A stretch of DNA of 28,274 nucleotides, taken from a virus (lineage: Duplodnaviria > Heunggongvirae > Uroviricota > Caudoviricetes). Position 1 is the first letter of the stretch, and each line of letters starts with the position of its first letter. The position numbers and the translations under genes are program-made. Below are positions 10,101 through 17,695 of this stretch, in pieces. The notes under the pieces were generated by a model. The model worked only from the letters and a program-made list of their open reading frames with translations. It did no database searches and had not been told where the DNA came from. The stretch lies in IMG/VR virus record IMGVR_UViG_3300006143_000348; one strand, given 5' to 3'.

Positions 10101-12000
10101 TATCGGCAATGGCATTGGTGATGGCACCGGTGATACGTGGGAAAGATTTAGTTAACGCCTGTTTGAAGAAGCTGAGTTTAGCAAATCCTTTTGCGTCTTT
10201 TGAGAGCGTAGCAAACTGCTTGATTACTTTGCCAATACCTAGCGCTCCAAGTGAAATCCCTAAAGCACCTACGGAGTCTACAACAGCATCAATGGCTTCG
10301 ACCAGTCCTTTCAAGACATCCACGCCGACTTTCATTGAGCTGGAGCTGAAGAAGTCATAGGACAATTCCTCGAAGCTTGCTTTCAACTGGTCGACGTGCG
10401 CAGACGTTGTTTCCATGTAGGTATTGTTTGCTGTCATGGCGGTTCCGGCAGAGTCCATAGCGCTTTCGTATGCGCCCATCGCATCCTTGATGTTTGTGAT
10501 GGTGGACATGATACCAGAAGTGTTCCTGGTTCCGCCAAGGATTTCAGCTACACGGGAGCGAGCCATATCGCTTTCCATTCCATCCCACGCCTGCGCAAGC
10601 TGTACGAAGATGTCATACATGTCTTTGTACGACTTCTCATCTTTCATGATATCTACGCCCGACAGGTCTTGGATTTCTTTTCGGTATTTTGACAGGCCAT
10701 CTGCGAGGCCTTCTGTCGATTCTCCCATCTCTTCAAGTTCTGTCGTAGCCCCACGGATTCTTGCGCTTACGGTCTTCCACATTGTACCGGTTGTCTGTGC
10801 ATTCTGGAGGGATGCATTGGTTGCTGCAAACAGGGCGGCGCTCTTTTCAAAGCTTGTCCCGGATGCGGCAAGGGCAGCGCCACCGCGCTGGAATGCAGCC
10901 ATCAGCTCTTCGGCGGAGATGGCATACTCCTGGCCGACTTTTACAAGCACATCAGAAATGTGTTCTGCGTCTGCTACGTCGATATTATAGCCTTTTATGA
11001 TAGATGTAAGACCAGTAGTCGCGGTGCCAGTGTCTACATTTGCTACATTGGACATGATGTTTGCATACTTGGCAAGCTCTGAAGCGTCTCCCAGGTTGTA
11101 TCCCAGGCGGCTGAATGTCTCGATAGAAGAGGATACATCGCTGATTTTCTGGCCTAGTTCCTGTGCCATGCTTGTAGCTTTAGCAAAGAATTCTTCCATT
11201 TGGGAATCCGTTGCGCCGGTTACAATCTTTATCTGTGTCATGGAATCTTCAATTTCCATGTAGGTGGCTACCATTTTCTTGCAAGTCTGTATGGCGGTCG
11301 TTATGATACGGGTAACCCCGAACCATGTTGCAAACTTTTTGCCGATGCTGCTGATTTTATCCCCGAAGCTTTGGTAGTTTTTACCGGCATCTTTAATGCG
11401 GTTAGATGCGTCAGTTACAGTGGATTTAATGTTGTTGAATCCTCTATTGAACTGTTCAACAGATAAAGTACCGTTTTGTAGCTGTCTCTGGAGGGCTTCC
11501 AAAGCTGCGATTTGGCTTTTTAGGTTTTCATAAGCCCCTCCAGTATCCCCATTTTTTGCAGCCGACCATTTTCCTACATTATTTCTGACCTGCTTTAATA
11601 GCGTATTTATTTTGCTGAGGGCAGTGTAGTATTCTTTCGCGTCTGCTGTCAGCATCTTTTGTTCGGCTGCGGCATTTCGGGTAGCGTTAGCAGCTTCGGT
11701 TGCCGCACTTGTGTTTTGTCTTCTTGCCTGCGTGTTGGCATTAATGGCAGCCGTATTGCTGTTTACATCGGATGTATTTGCGCCCATAGAGCCAGCATTT
11801 CCAGATGTAGCTCCAGATGCGGCTGCACGGTGCAGTTCCTCAATCTGCTGCCGCATTGCGCTGAGGGATGAATCATCAAGTTGTACTTTTATTTTTGGGG
11901 GATTGGCGTTGATACTGGAAACCAAGGATTGGATACCGGCTTGGAATTCTGCGAAACTAAGGGCAATATCCACGCCAACTGTCAGTAAAATATCAGCCAT
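4156..12000 (-). CDS. Tail tape measure protein, 2614 aa
   Basis: TP901-type tape-measure core (IEDSMTQIKIVTGATDSQMEEFFAKATSMAQELG...FSRLGY), long helical stretches, hydrophobic segments (LALIIAGVSAALAAFFLI) and a C-terminal GGLVDYTG...GEPELVL motif typical of TMPs. It precedes the Dit-like gene. Confidence 0.93.
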   Translation of the reverse strand: MADILLTVGVDIALSFAEFQAGIQSLVSSINANPPKIKVQLDDSSLSAMRQQIEELHRAAASGATSGNAGSMGANTSDVNSNTAAINANTQARRQNTSAATEAANATRNAAAEQKMLTADAKEYYTALSKINTLLKQVRNNVGKWSAAKNGDTGGAYENLKSQIAALEALQRQLQNGTLSVEQFNRGFNNIKSTVTDASNRIKDAGKNYQSFGDKISSIGKKFATWFGVTRIITTAIQTCKKMVATYMEIEDSMTQIKIVTGATDSQMEEFFAKATSMAQELGQKISDVSSSIETFSRLGYNLGDASELAKYANIMSNVANVDTGTATTGLTSIIKGYNIDVADAEHISDVLVKVGQEYAISAEELMAAFQRGGAALAASGTSFEKSAALFAATNASLQNAQTTGTMWKTVSARIRGATTELEEMGESTEGLADGLSKYRKEIQDLSGVDIMKDEKSYKDMYDIFVQLAQAWDGMESDMARSRVAEILGGTRNTSGIMSTITNIKDAMGAYESAMDSAGTAMTANNTYMETTSAHVDQLKASFEELSYDFFSSSSMKVGVDVLKGLVEAIDAVVDSVGALGISLGALGIGKVIKQFATLSKDAKGFAKLSFFKQALTKSFPRITGAITNAIADMSRAGANGAGMLGRLAAGAKAFASAFSPLALIIAGVSAALAAFFLIQNKQNKEFQQKVDAAKEAGKAWEESSNSIQSYTDRISELRAQLASGTLSEEEAYNAKSELLSIQEKLSESYGRQVEGIDLVNGSLQEQIGLLNQINQEKANKFLNENQEGIDEATRRMEEVREYPIGFFYKEAEGSDSIQAAIQKIKDKYGDVITTVDGTDGGLYLYLNADATQAENALNDLMTELRQIPGEIEDTPFLKPIFDSVKEGLEEVNKITAEDGGLYEQSKAAAVTGDMGIYTDAKNKAQSAADWMDDYTKAIERYNTALAMGDTTEISAAAEEFSSVDNSIQGLLEDSEGLGKFSTQFKNALGALNTEAIANFDFKSKLEEAAALGDEAQKSGVLASEGIARYLQIIKDAKLDDIDFQALLLNPDTSEVGTAISELGECADNAGVSTDFLVSSLLNLGIITGDIYDKTTRAAAGTQALAQRIENFKTLQGTLQSALSNSKSATGLTTEEIQKLQEAYGDLEGYNPYRLFEETANGVHLNSDELKKLNKELDAKELENFADKIQYLQEQIYDERKKGSDTSALENELMQTQLLKSQYEGLASAYNAWLTAKSGGKERDSYESIGSSYEEMQKTLEQGWYGDESLNAYLDLLLSAEQRTGDAAADFEKLTQTIDGTSHSIMDYWKFDEDNNLVSDGLFDFLDDVNLKLGDSFAHLNEDGKYEFDFNGDKLQEVADAFGISTEAVELFERALIDSGMAIDLSDLDFTGQVNKAKEALEDLQESGKVSKNIDLSFDTSTAPLGDLKSYINTLKNERIKINAETDPKAAAALDELIAKCERDYYFRLNMSTDGGLSHASLIIAQMQASSELYFSVDVQMSEITSLAEQLANLPQSVQVAVGIRPENVGNVEGIVNQWKDSPESISIPVGFSPDTSEADSAVDKVNANNVDDKSFTIDAVDNASPKIQIIKENLDKLNDKSITVTTVEKTVKKAEASKNAEVSGTAHADGTAFRSTKNHIYPVNAYASGQNWSLMDDEDALVNELGTESIVRDGKWYPLPGGAHVAQLKKGDIIFSAEQTKELLKSGRVTAGGGHGKRALADGTAFNTLNLNAYENGTGGSRRPNSGVGTHSPGASSSNKGSSNSDSKSDKKKDKKDNSKIIDWIEIAISRIERAIDRLATTATSPFKGLSKRLAATNKELSKMAAELSIQKKGYHRYRKEAKSVSLSGDLKKKVRKGTIDITKYDEKTAEKIENYQKWYEKAMECRDAIQELRESMAELYQNKFNDVATHYENKLSTLEHLTTTYNNNISEIEERGYLSSTKYYEALQDVERKNIKLREKELDSLTKKMNEAVNSGRIKKGSEAWYEMQQEINAVKEAIQESGIEIIKLGNSIREVKWGHFDYLQEQIGQVAEEAEFLISLMENSKLYDDTGQLTDTGMATMGMHGQNYNVYMAQADRYAKEIMALDKEIAEDPYNTKLLDRRKELIEAQRESILAANGEKKAIRDMVEEGINIELDALQKLIDTYTDALDSAKDLYDYQKKVSSQTSEISKLRKQLAAYAGDTSEENRAVIQRLQVSLEEAEADLEETQYENYITEQKKLLDSLYTEYEEVLNQRLDNTDVLLSDMIDRINANADSISTTLTAESEKVGYTLSENMQNIWMSSENTASIIMKYGDSFSSSLTSVNSVLNSIANYVALLAAAGDTANNTDGNGSGSSGKDKKDDPNKNSNSGSSSSGNITAVVTTQSTKHPILGSFGNIPTATTLNDSKPKKPSSTEKKKKRTEKENHGVALAIWNGGYGWGTGDTQSKRLKAKGFDTSRVKSIVNKMGKDGYVQNGTWPGKYHGIKSLAPYHYNKFKKGGLVDYTGLAQLDGTPGEPELVLNSKDTANFIELKDALQRIADGTSPLTNIFAENPVPDIIGSIGKIDAPSSPAQAPASNITYEVNIPIDHVSDYNDFANQMRRDGKFEKMIHSMTSDRVDGNTSLSKGLSNW

Positions 12001-12025
12001 ATATAGATTTCACCGTCCTTTATGT

Positions 12026-12055
12026 AAAGAAAAGGACTGGCTAAGGCCAATCCTT
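12026..12055 (-). terminator. Intrinsic-terminator-like hairpin immediately upstream of the tape measure RBS
   Basis: On the minus strand, AAGGATTGGC-CTTA-GCCAGTCCTT forms a 10-bp stem with one G.U pair, followed by TTCTTT. Confidence 0.65.
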
Positions 12056-12086
12056 GGATGAATTTATGTTTATTGTGTCAAAAAGG

Positions 12087-12632
12087 TTATTGAAATGCTT
12101 CGCTAACAGAAATGTCTGTTACATTATATTTAGAGGCATAACTGCTCATAAAATTCCTGATAGCGCTATCAACAAAATGCGTCCCTGGAATGGTAGTACG
12201 GCTCCATATTTCCGAGCCATGCCATTCGCCTTGTATTGGATGCATCGTATGGTCTACACCGTTATTGAAGAGTGCTGCGAGGTTGTTGATGCCCCCATAT
12301 TTCGCTTCATCTAAGGAAGGCCTGCTGAGGTTGCCTGCGAAATATACGCCTATAACGTAAGTATTTTCTCCGGTGCGTTGCGTTGCCGTATGCTCCAGAT
12401 TTGATATGGCGTCGATGGCACCAGCGCTCAGGCCGCAACTGTTGATTTCGTTTTGCAGGACTTCTATGAATTTTTTGGCAGCTTCTTCTGGTAGATTTGG
12501 AGAAGTGCCTTTCATGGCATGTAACCCAAGCATAACCTTGCATATTAGGCTGTTTGTTAGCTGTTTCCCATCTCCGCTACCCATGTAGGATTGGGCTTTG
12601 GCAAGAATGGAGGACATGTTAATCGAGGACAT
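12087..12632 (-). CDS. Hypothetical phage protein, 181 aa (possible neck/tail-completion protein)
   Basis: Intact ORF with an SD-like GGTGAG, tightly packed in the tail module. Function is suggested by position only. Confidence 0.7.
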   Translation of the reverse strand: MSSINMSSILAKAQSYMGSGDGKQLTNSLICKVMLGLHAMKGTSPNLPEEAAKKFIEVLQNEINSCGLSAGAIDAISNLEHTATQRTGENTYVIGVYFAGNLSRPSLDEAKYGGINNLAALFNNGVDHTMHPIQGEWHGSEIWSRTTIPGTHFVDSAIRNFMSSYASKYNVTDISVSEAFQ

Positions 12633-12634
12633 GC

Positions 12635-13252
12635 CTACTCACCATCCTTCGGAATTTTCTTGATTTTATCGGATTTGTGTTTTTTGATGAGGGCTTCTGC
12701 AATTTTGCCTTCGTCAATCTGCCCGCTGGTAAGGACATTCGCTAACATATTTATTTCTTCTGCGTTAATGCCAGAGAATGCATTTGCAATCTGATTCTGA
12801 AGGTTGTCGAATGCATCGTACAATTCATCCAACTGCTTGTATGCTGTTTCGATGTTCGCTTGTGCCAGATGCCTGATTTTTTCATCGGCAGACTGGATAA
12901 TCTCTTCAAACTGTACGCTGTTGATATGCTGTAGCACGAAATCCACGGCATCCGATTCGTAAATCAAGGCATAGCTTTCCGCTACATCCCCAGGAAGGGT
13001 GAAGTTTGCATACATTTCCAGGATGCATTTCTTGATGGCAAAATCTTTGACTTCCGGCATGTATGCGCCGTCGATTTCAGAAAAACAAGTCTTTACTACG
13101 GTGTCAACAAATGTAAGGACGTCCATCAGTGGGAGAGTAGGGGTGATATCCACTTCGATACCATTCCATGCCCCTGTCCATGCTTTGCTTCTGCTGTCTG
13201 CATTAACAGCACCTGCGAATACACTTGCATCAATTCTCTTTGCTTTTTCCAT
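12635..13252 (-). CDS. Hypothetical acidic helical protein, 205 aa (possible tail assembly chaperone)
   Basis: Intact ORF with SD GGAGGA, overlapping the end of the RusA-like gene, located between the tail tube and TMP genes. Confidence 0.7.
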   Translation of the reverse strand: MEKAKRIDASVFAGAVNADSRSKAWTGAWNGIEVDITPTLPLMDVLTFVDTVVKTCFSEIDGAYMPEVKDFAIKKCILEMYANFTLPGDVAESYALIYESDAVDFVLQHINSVQFEEIIQSADEKIRHLAQANIETAYKQLDELYDAFDNLQNQIANAFSGINAEEINMLANVLTSGQIDEGKIAEALIKKHKSDKIKKIPKDGE

Positions 13253-13718
13253 TTGATATTTCCTCCGTTTTTTCTAGGCTCATTACTTTGATTGTAATTT
13301 CCGTGCGCGGATGTTCAATATCCGTGCCGCACTCCAGGGTAAGTTTCGTTATGTGCTTGCTGTCGTCGTCAATAATCATCCCGCTTTCAACCAGGCCGTC
13401 CAGCACGAACTTGGGCGTGCTGTTATCTATGTCATGCCTTCTGTTGTTCGGGTAGTAAATCTTCTGGCTTATTTCGCACGTTTTGATGCGTAGGTTAGTA
13501 TAACCTTGCTCCTCAACAAACCAGCGTATGAAGCTCTTCCAGCGCTGTTTCAGGGCGTTCATCATAGGGCGCGTCATTATCATCCATGCATTGATGCTCT
13601 CGTGGTACGGGAAAGGAATTGGCTTCCTCTGTGCTTTTGGATGCACGGAAAAGTAATACTGTTCATATCTGTCAAGCACGGAATCGTCAATGACGAGCTT
13701 GATATTTTTACATTTCAT
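13230..13718 (-). CDS. rusA: RusA-family Holliday junction resolvase, 162 aa
   Basis: RRHDIDNSTPKFVLDGLVESGMIIDDDSKHI matches the RusA DxDN..K...D.L......DD catalytic signature, followed by the PRTEITI terminal strand. Confidence 0.8.
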   Translation of the reverse strand: MKCKNIKLVIDDSVLDRYEQYYFSVHPKAQRKPIPFPYHESINAWMIMTRPMMNALKQRWKSFIRWFVEEQGYTNLRIKTCEISQKIYYPNNRRHDIDNSTPKFVLDGLVESGMIIDDDSKHITKLTLECGTDIEHPRTEITIKVMSLEKTEEISNGKSKEN

Positions 13719-13732
13719 AAAGAAAACCTCTC

Positions 13733-13770
13733 AAAAAGCGGGCTGCACCCTGTATGGGAAATCAGCCCGC
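13733..13770 (-). terminator. Intrinsic terminator after the tail tube and Zn-finger genes
   Basis: GCGGGCTG...CAGCCCGC 8-bp stem (inner CCC/GGG possible) followed by TTTTT on the minus strand. Confidence 0.7.
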
Positions 13771-13780
13771 CGTCCATATA

Positions 13781-14095
13781 TTAATCATCAATCGCAGTTT
13801 CTTCAGTGTCGTCTTCGAAGTCGTCCCCGAACCACTCATCCTCTCCGTCGCATTCGTCGAGGTCACTGTAGTCCGGAACCGCTTCTTTCATGGCTGTATC
13901 ATCGTCGGAAGTGTTTTTGCCGGAAGGCACCCCAGAACGGGATGCCTGGATTCTGGCAAAGTAAGTGCTGCCGTGCTCGGCACAACATGCTACGTCCTGC
14001 CAACGGAATACGCCTTCGGTATGCCTCAGTGTGCGGCAGTACTCATACTCCCTGCCACACACCTTGCAGATTTTTGTTGACTTTGGCATAGGCAT
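13781..14095 (-). CDS. Small Cys-containing protein with an acidic tail, 104 aa
   Basis: CKVC...C...CC motif at the N-terminus, a D/E-rich C-terminus and SD GGAGG. Confidence 0.7.
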   Translation of the reverse strand: MPMPKSTKICKVCGREYEYCRTLRHTEGVFRWQDVACCAEHGSTYFARIQASRSGVPSGKNTSDDDTAMKEAVPDYSDLDECDGEDEWFGDDFEDDTEETAIDD

Positions 14096-14104
14096 ACCTC
14101 CCGC

Positions 14105-14896
14105 TTACGCTGCGTCCTCGGTATTTACGCCAAAGATGGTGTAAGTCCACAGGGAAGCATTTGCCCCGCACGCACCAGCCAGGGACTCTGCCTCGAATGC
14201 ATGTACAGTCTGGTTCTCGCCCAGCTCAATGGAGAATTCCCCGGAGAAGTCCGCTTTCGGGATGAAGAACTGGATGCGGAAGATATTGCCGCATTTGTCC
14301 TCACCGAGAGCGTCAACGTACAGGGTGCATTTCCCGGAATATACATCGCTCAGGTTCTCAAGCACATCGGCAACCATGCGCCTTTTGTAGTAAACTACGA
14401 TTTCAGAACCGGCAGCTACGTCGGTATGGAAAGCCAGTGCTTTAGTTGCTGGGTCATAAGTGAATTTCCCGGAAGCGGCAGCATCAGCCTGCTCCATAGG
14501 GTCGCTCAGTGTCCCGTCTGCATTCCTGATATAAAGCGCTTCGATTTCAGCGCCGTCAGTACCAACTGCTTTCCAGGCAGTAGAAGCAGCGCCGTCTTTG
14601 ACTGTCAGGTAGTCTGTCCACAGCACTTCCGTGGACTTTGTCTCGAACTTGCTTCCGGTCTGTACCTCAAGCATCCCGCCAGAAACCAGGCCGTTCGAGC
14701 CGCTGATATTTACGGCTTTATTACGTTTCAGGTTGGACAGCTTACGTCCGCCCTTACCCGTGATTTCTGTTTTGTCTTCCGTATTTGCGATGGTTGCGTT
14801 CTGCAGCTCATCGAGGGTAAATTTATAGTTGCCAGAGGCAAAATCAAAAGCAGTAATAGTCTCCAGGCTCGTGATTGCAATATCGCTGATATTCAT
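14105..14896 (-). CDS. Probable major tail (tube) protein, 263 aa
   Basis: Strong SD AGGAGGA, A/G/T-rich beta-type sequence, a G..G..L motif near the N-terminus, and position after the neck genes and before the TMP. Confidence 0.7.
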   Translation of the reverse strand: MNISDIAITSLETITAFDFASGNYKFTLDELQNATIANTEDKTEITGKGGRKLSNLKRNKAVNISGSNGLVSGGMLEVQTGSKFETKSTEVLWTDYLTVKDGAASTAWKAVGTDGAEIEALYIRNADGTLSDPMEQADAAASGKFTYDPATKALAFHTDVAAGSEIVVYYKRRMVADVLENLSDVYSGKCTLYVDALGEDKCGNIFRIQFFIPKADFSGEFSIELGENQTVHAFEAESLAGACGANASLWTYTIFGVNTEDAA

Positions 14897-14917
14897 ATGT
14901 AGTTCCTCCTGTATTTT

Positions 14918-15634
14918 TTATTTATGGATAAGCCAGTTCAAATCGTTTTGGCTTAACTCCTTCGGGTTAATGGTTCCGGCGTAAACGCCGTACATCCTGT
15001 TGTCATAGTCGACCTTCTTAATTATCTGCCGTACACTTTCGTTAAACTGGTAAATAGAGAGTTCTCTTGTCCCCTCGAATCCATATTTGTACTGTTCTGT
15101 GTTGACCATAGCGACTATGAGCGATTCGAGCTGCGACTCCTCTTTGCGGTTCTTGCGCCGCTTTATTTTGTCGCGTGCCCGTTCTAACAGGTAGTCTTTT
15201 GCTTCTGTATTGGCAGGCTTCCTGTGGTTCCTTTCAAGGTGGTGTATTTTCCGCAGGACGGCCGCTATCTGGCCGTGTATGGCACGGTCAATACGGATAT
15301 CATCCTCGGCATCGTAGAGCGTCAGCATCCCATTCTCCGGGTTCTCGTCATACTTGAACTTTGTCAAATCCAAATCACCGAATATGAGGCTGGTGTCCTG
15401 CATCTGTAACCCGTTGAACAGGAGCAGGAACAGTTCATACTCGTTGATAGAAGTGAAGTCGATTCCGGCGTCATCAAGCTGTACCATGAAATCTATAGGC
15501 ATTGCAGTGATGGCTGAAACCATGTTGTAGTATGTGTCTTCGTTTTCGAGGATTTCCCCGACATAGGGGATTAGGACGCGGATATCGTCATTCACCGCGT
15601 ATTGACGTTTATAGAGAAGATTGAGGCTTGCCAT
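14918..15634 (-). CDS. Hypothetical tail-module protein, 238 aa (possible assembly chaperone)
   Basis: Intact ORF coupled to the upstream gene by an ATG/TGA overlap at 15634. The C-terminal ELSIYQF motif is reminiscent of tail chaperones (inference). Confidence 0.7.
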   Translation of the reverse strand: MASLNLLYKRQYAVNDDIRVLIPYVGEILENEDTYYNMVSAITAMPIDFMVQLDDAGIDFTSINEYELFLLLFNGLQMQDTSLIFGDLDLTKFKYDENPENGMLTLYDAEDDIRIDRAIHGQIAAVLRKIHHLERNHRKPANTEAKDYLLERARDKIKRRKNRKEESQLESLIVAMVNTEQYKYGFEGTRELSIYQFNESVRQIIKKVDYDNRMYGVYAGTINPKELSQNDLNWLIHK

Positions 15635-16131
15635 CAGACACCCTTACGGTTTGCCGGGGTGTATTTCATGGGGTCGAACTGTCGGTTGAAATCCTTGGCA
15701 TAGAAAGTCATCAGCTTCCCCTGGAAGTCCGTCATTGGGGCGAATCTCTTCACAGAATGCAGGGAGAGTTCCCCAAGCCCATATTCACGGCTGCCGTTAA
15801 TCATTTTGCATATTTCGGAGCACAGGCTGTCTGTCCGGACACCACCTTCCGGCAGGCGCAGTTTGCTCCTGTGCGTGAACACCCATATATACAGCGTAGG
15901 GAGCAGGAACGTTTTATTCATAGACTCCAGTATGTCAACATCGAAACAGATGTAAGTGTTGCCATGTTCCACTGTATCGGGTATGTATTCGCATGGATAG
16001 ACGCGCAGGTATGCAAGGCTTGCGGCGTCCTCAAAGGGTACGTCCTCGTCAATCAGGCGGACGATTTCCCTGTTCGTGAGCAGATGCTCCATAAGCTTGT
16101 TTTTGTATCCAAAAAATTCATCAAGCTGCAT
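15634..16131 (-). CDS. Hypothetical protein, 165 aa (possible tail terminator)
   Basis: Intact, tightly packed ORF. Size and position fit a tail-terminator or neck protein. Confidence 0.65.
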   Translation of the reverse strand: MQLDEFFGYKNKLMEHLLTNREIVRLIDEDVPFEDAASLAYLRVYPCEYIPDTVEHGNTYICFDVDILESMNKTFLLPTLYIWVFTHRSKLRLPEGGVRTDSLCSEICKMINGSREYGLGELSLHSVKRFAPMTDFQGKLMTFYAKDFNRQFDPMKYTPANRKGV

Positions 16132-16896
16132 TTATAACCACACCTTCTTTCTCTTATCAGAAGTGGAGGTATTATCTTCGTGTACAGTGTCGGATGCATC
16201 CGCTTCCGTGCGTGGGAAATGTTTGTAGTAGTCCGCAATGCCGAGTTCTATGTTATCGTCGTCGGTCGACACTACTTCCTGCAGTACGAATGAATAGACG
16301 CCTGCGCCGTTATACGTCTTTCCGACCTTCAAAGGTTTCGTCAGGAGATATGCGGCTTTCTCAGGCGCATCCGGGTCGTCGATGAGGAAACGCCGGTTCC
16401 GGCTGAATTTGACAGTATGCTGGTTCCGGCTGATGGTCATGGCGATACGGGCATCGCCCCTTGTGACGATGAAGTTTTTATCTTCATACTCTCCAGTGAG
16501 GTACTTTGTACCGTCTTCAATGACACACCATTGTTCATGGATGATATCGTGTTCGTCTACCCATTTAAGCAGATGGTTGCACTGGAGAAGTTTTACCCGT
16601 GTATATAGCTCATTATTGGCATCCTTTTCGGTAATCAGCCAGCGGTTATCTTCCCATTCGACAAGCCCGCCGCAGGTGAAATCCTCACCCGGGAGTGAAC
16701 ACATGGTCTTTTCATTGAGGTTGTCGGAATTAATGACGGCGACAGCCCGTGGAAGCCCGTCTATGAGGACGTCATGGTATGACAGGGAATCCTTCAGCTT
16801 ATGGTTGAGCATCCTGCTTTCCCTGAGCAATGCCGCATTCCGCTTTGTGTTTCCGTGGGTCTCCATGCGGCTTGCGTATTTATCCCAGACATTCAC
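16132..16896 (-). CDS. Hypothetical virion protein, 254 aa (possible head-closure protein)
   Basis: GTG start with SD GAGGAGG, GTGA overlap with the upstream stop, beta-rich, in the neck region. Confidence 0.65.
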   Translation of the reverse strand: MNVWDKYASRMETHGNTKRNAALLRESRMLNHKLKDSLSYHDVLIDGLPRAVAVINSDNLNEKTMCSLPGEDFTCGGLVEWEDNRWLITEKDANNELYTRVKLLQCNHLLKWVDEHDIIHEQWCVIEDGTKYLTGEYEDKNFIVTRGDARIAMTISRNQHTVKFSRNRRFLIDDPDAPEKAAYLLTKPLKVGKTYNGAGVYSFVLQEVVSTDDDNIELGIADYYKHFPRTEADASDTVHEDNTSTSDKRKKVWL

Positions 16897-17237
16897 TTGG
16901 ATACCTCCTCGTCCGTGTAAATAGACAGAAGCGTATTACACACCCCGATTGCATTGAACACTTCGCTCCTTGTTTCACTGATTGTGCACTCCGGCCTGTC
17001 AATCAGATACTGTAAGATGGACAGCAGAGAAAGGTACAAGGAGTTCTTCTGAAGCTCAGGGATAAATGACTTGCATCCGAGAAGCTCTGACCGCAGGTTA
17101 AGCATATAGGCAGGCAAGGAATCTTCATTTTCCTCTCGCATAGGGAGAATCTTAAAAAACCGATTTACGAGACTTCGGAAATAATTTTTCAGAAGAACCT
17201 GCGGTACGGGGGTACCTGTGATTGTATTTATTGTCAT
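16893..17237 (-). CDS. Hypothetical protein, about 114 aa (start re-assigned to MTINTITG)
   Basis: The ATG at 17237 overlaps the TGA of the upstream gene (ATGA). The longer track ORF starting at 17426 overlaps that gene by about 190 nt and is implausible. Confidence 0.65.
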   Translation of the reverse strand: MTINTITGTPVPQVLLKNYFRSLVNRFFKILPMREENEDSLPAYMLNLRSELLGCKSFIPELQKNSLYLSLLSILQYLIDRPECTISETRSEVFNAIGVCNTLLSIYTDEEVSK

Positions 17238-17683
17238 AAATGTAATCCCCCAAGGTCTCCGGTATTGAAGGAATACTCGCGAACCATCTGCCTGTAATCC
17301 TTCTGGGCTGCAGCGTATGCGTTCCCTACCCGCATAAGCAGTTCGGCAGGAGAGTATGTGGTGAAATCCCGTGTGTTGATTGCATTCTCCAACAGTTCCT
17401 GCCTGTATACGTATGGCTTTAGCCATTGCACAATCATGCCTTCCGATACGATGTCAGCTACCTCGTCCAAGTCCTCACCGTCGATTTCGACATCGAATAT
17501 CCGGTTCTCGTCATCTCTGGTAGTTGTTAAATCATACCGGCAGTTCTTCTTAAACCCGCTGATAGCCCTTTTCATATACCCAAGAACAGTCTCGTCCCGC
17601 TCCTGCGGGGCGAGGGCAAGCAGGTCACGCTCGGTTATCTTCTCAAGGAAAGCACCGACGAATACATCAAAAGAAACGCTCAT
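17234..17683 (-). CDS. Probable head-tail connector/adaptor, 149 aa
   Basis: Small helical protein shortly downstream of the capsid gene, with SD AGGAGGG. The assignment rests on position and size. Confidence 0.6.
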   Translation of the reverse strand: MSVSFDVFVGAFLEKITERDLLALAPQERDETVLGYMKRAISGFKKNCRYDLTTTRDDENRIFDVEIDGEDLDEVADIVSEGMIVQWLKPYVYRQELLENAINTRDFTTYSPAELLMRVGNAYAAAQKDYRQMVREYSFNTGDLGGLHL

Positions 17684-17695
17684 CGTGAATCCCTC

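Noticed and set aside
12056-12086. TTGACA on the minus strand upstream of the tape measure gene
   Set aside because: No -10-like hexamer lies 16-18 nt downstream.
12660-12700. A-run (ATC AAA AAA CAC) near the end of the 205-aa gene as a -1 slippery site
   Set aside because: It is not in X XXY YYZ register, and the -1 frame hits TAA and TGA before reaching the next gene.
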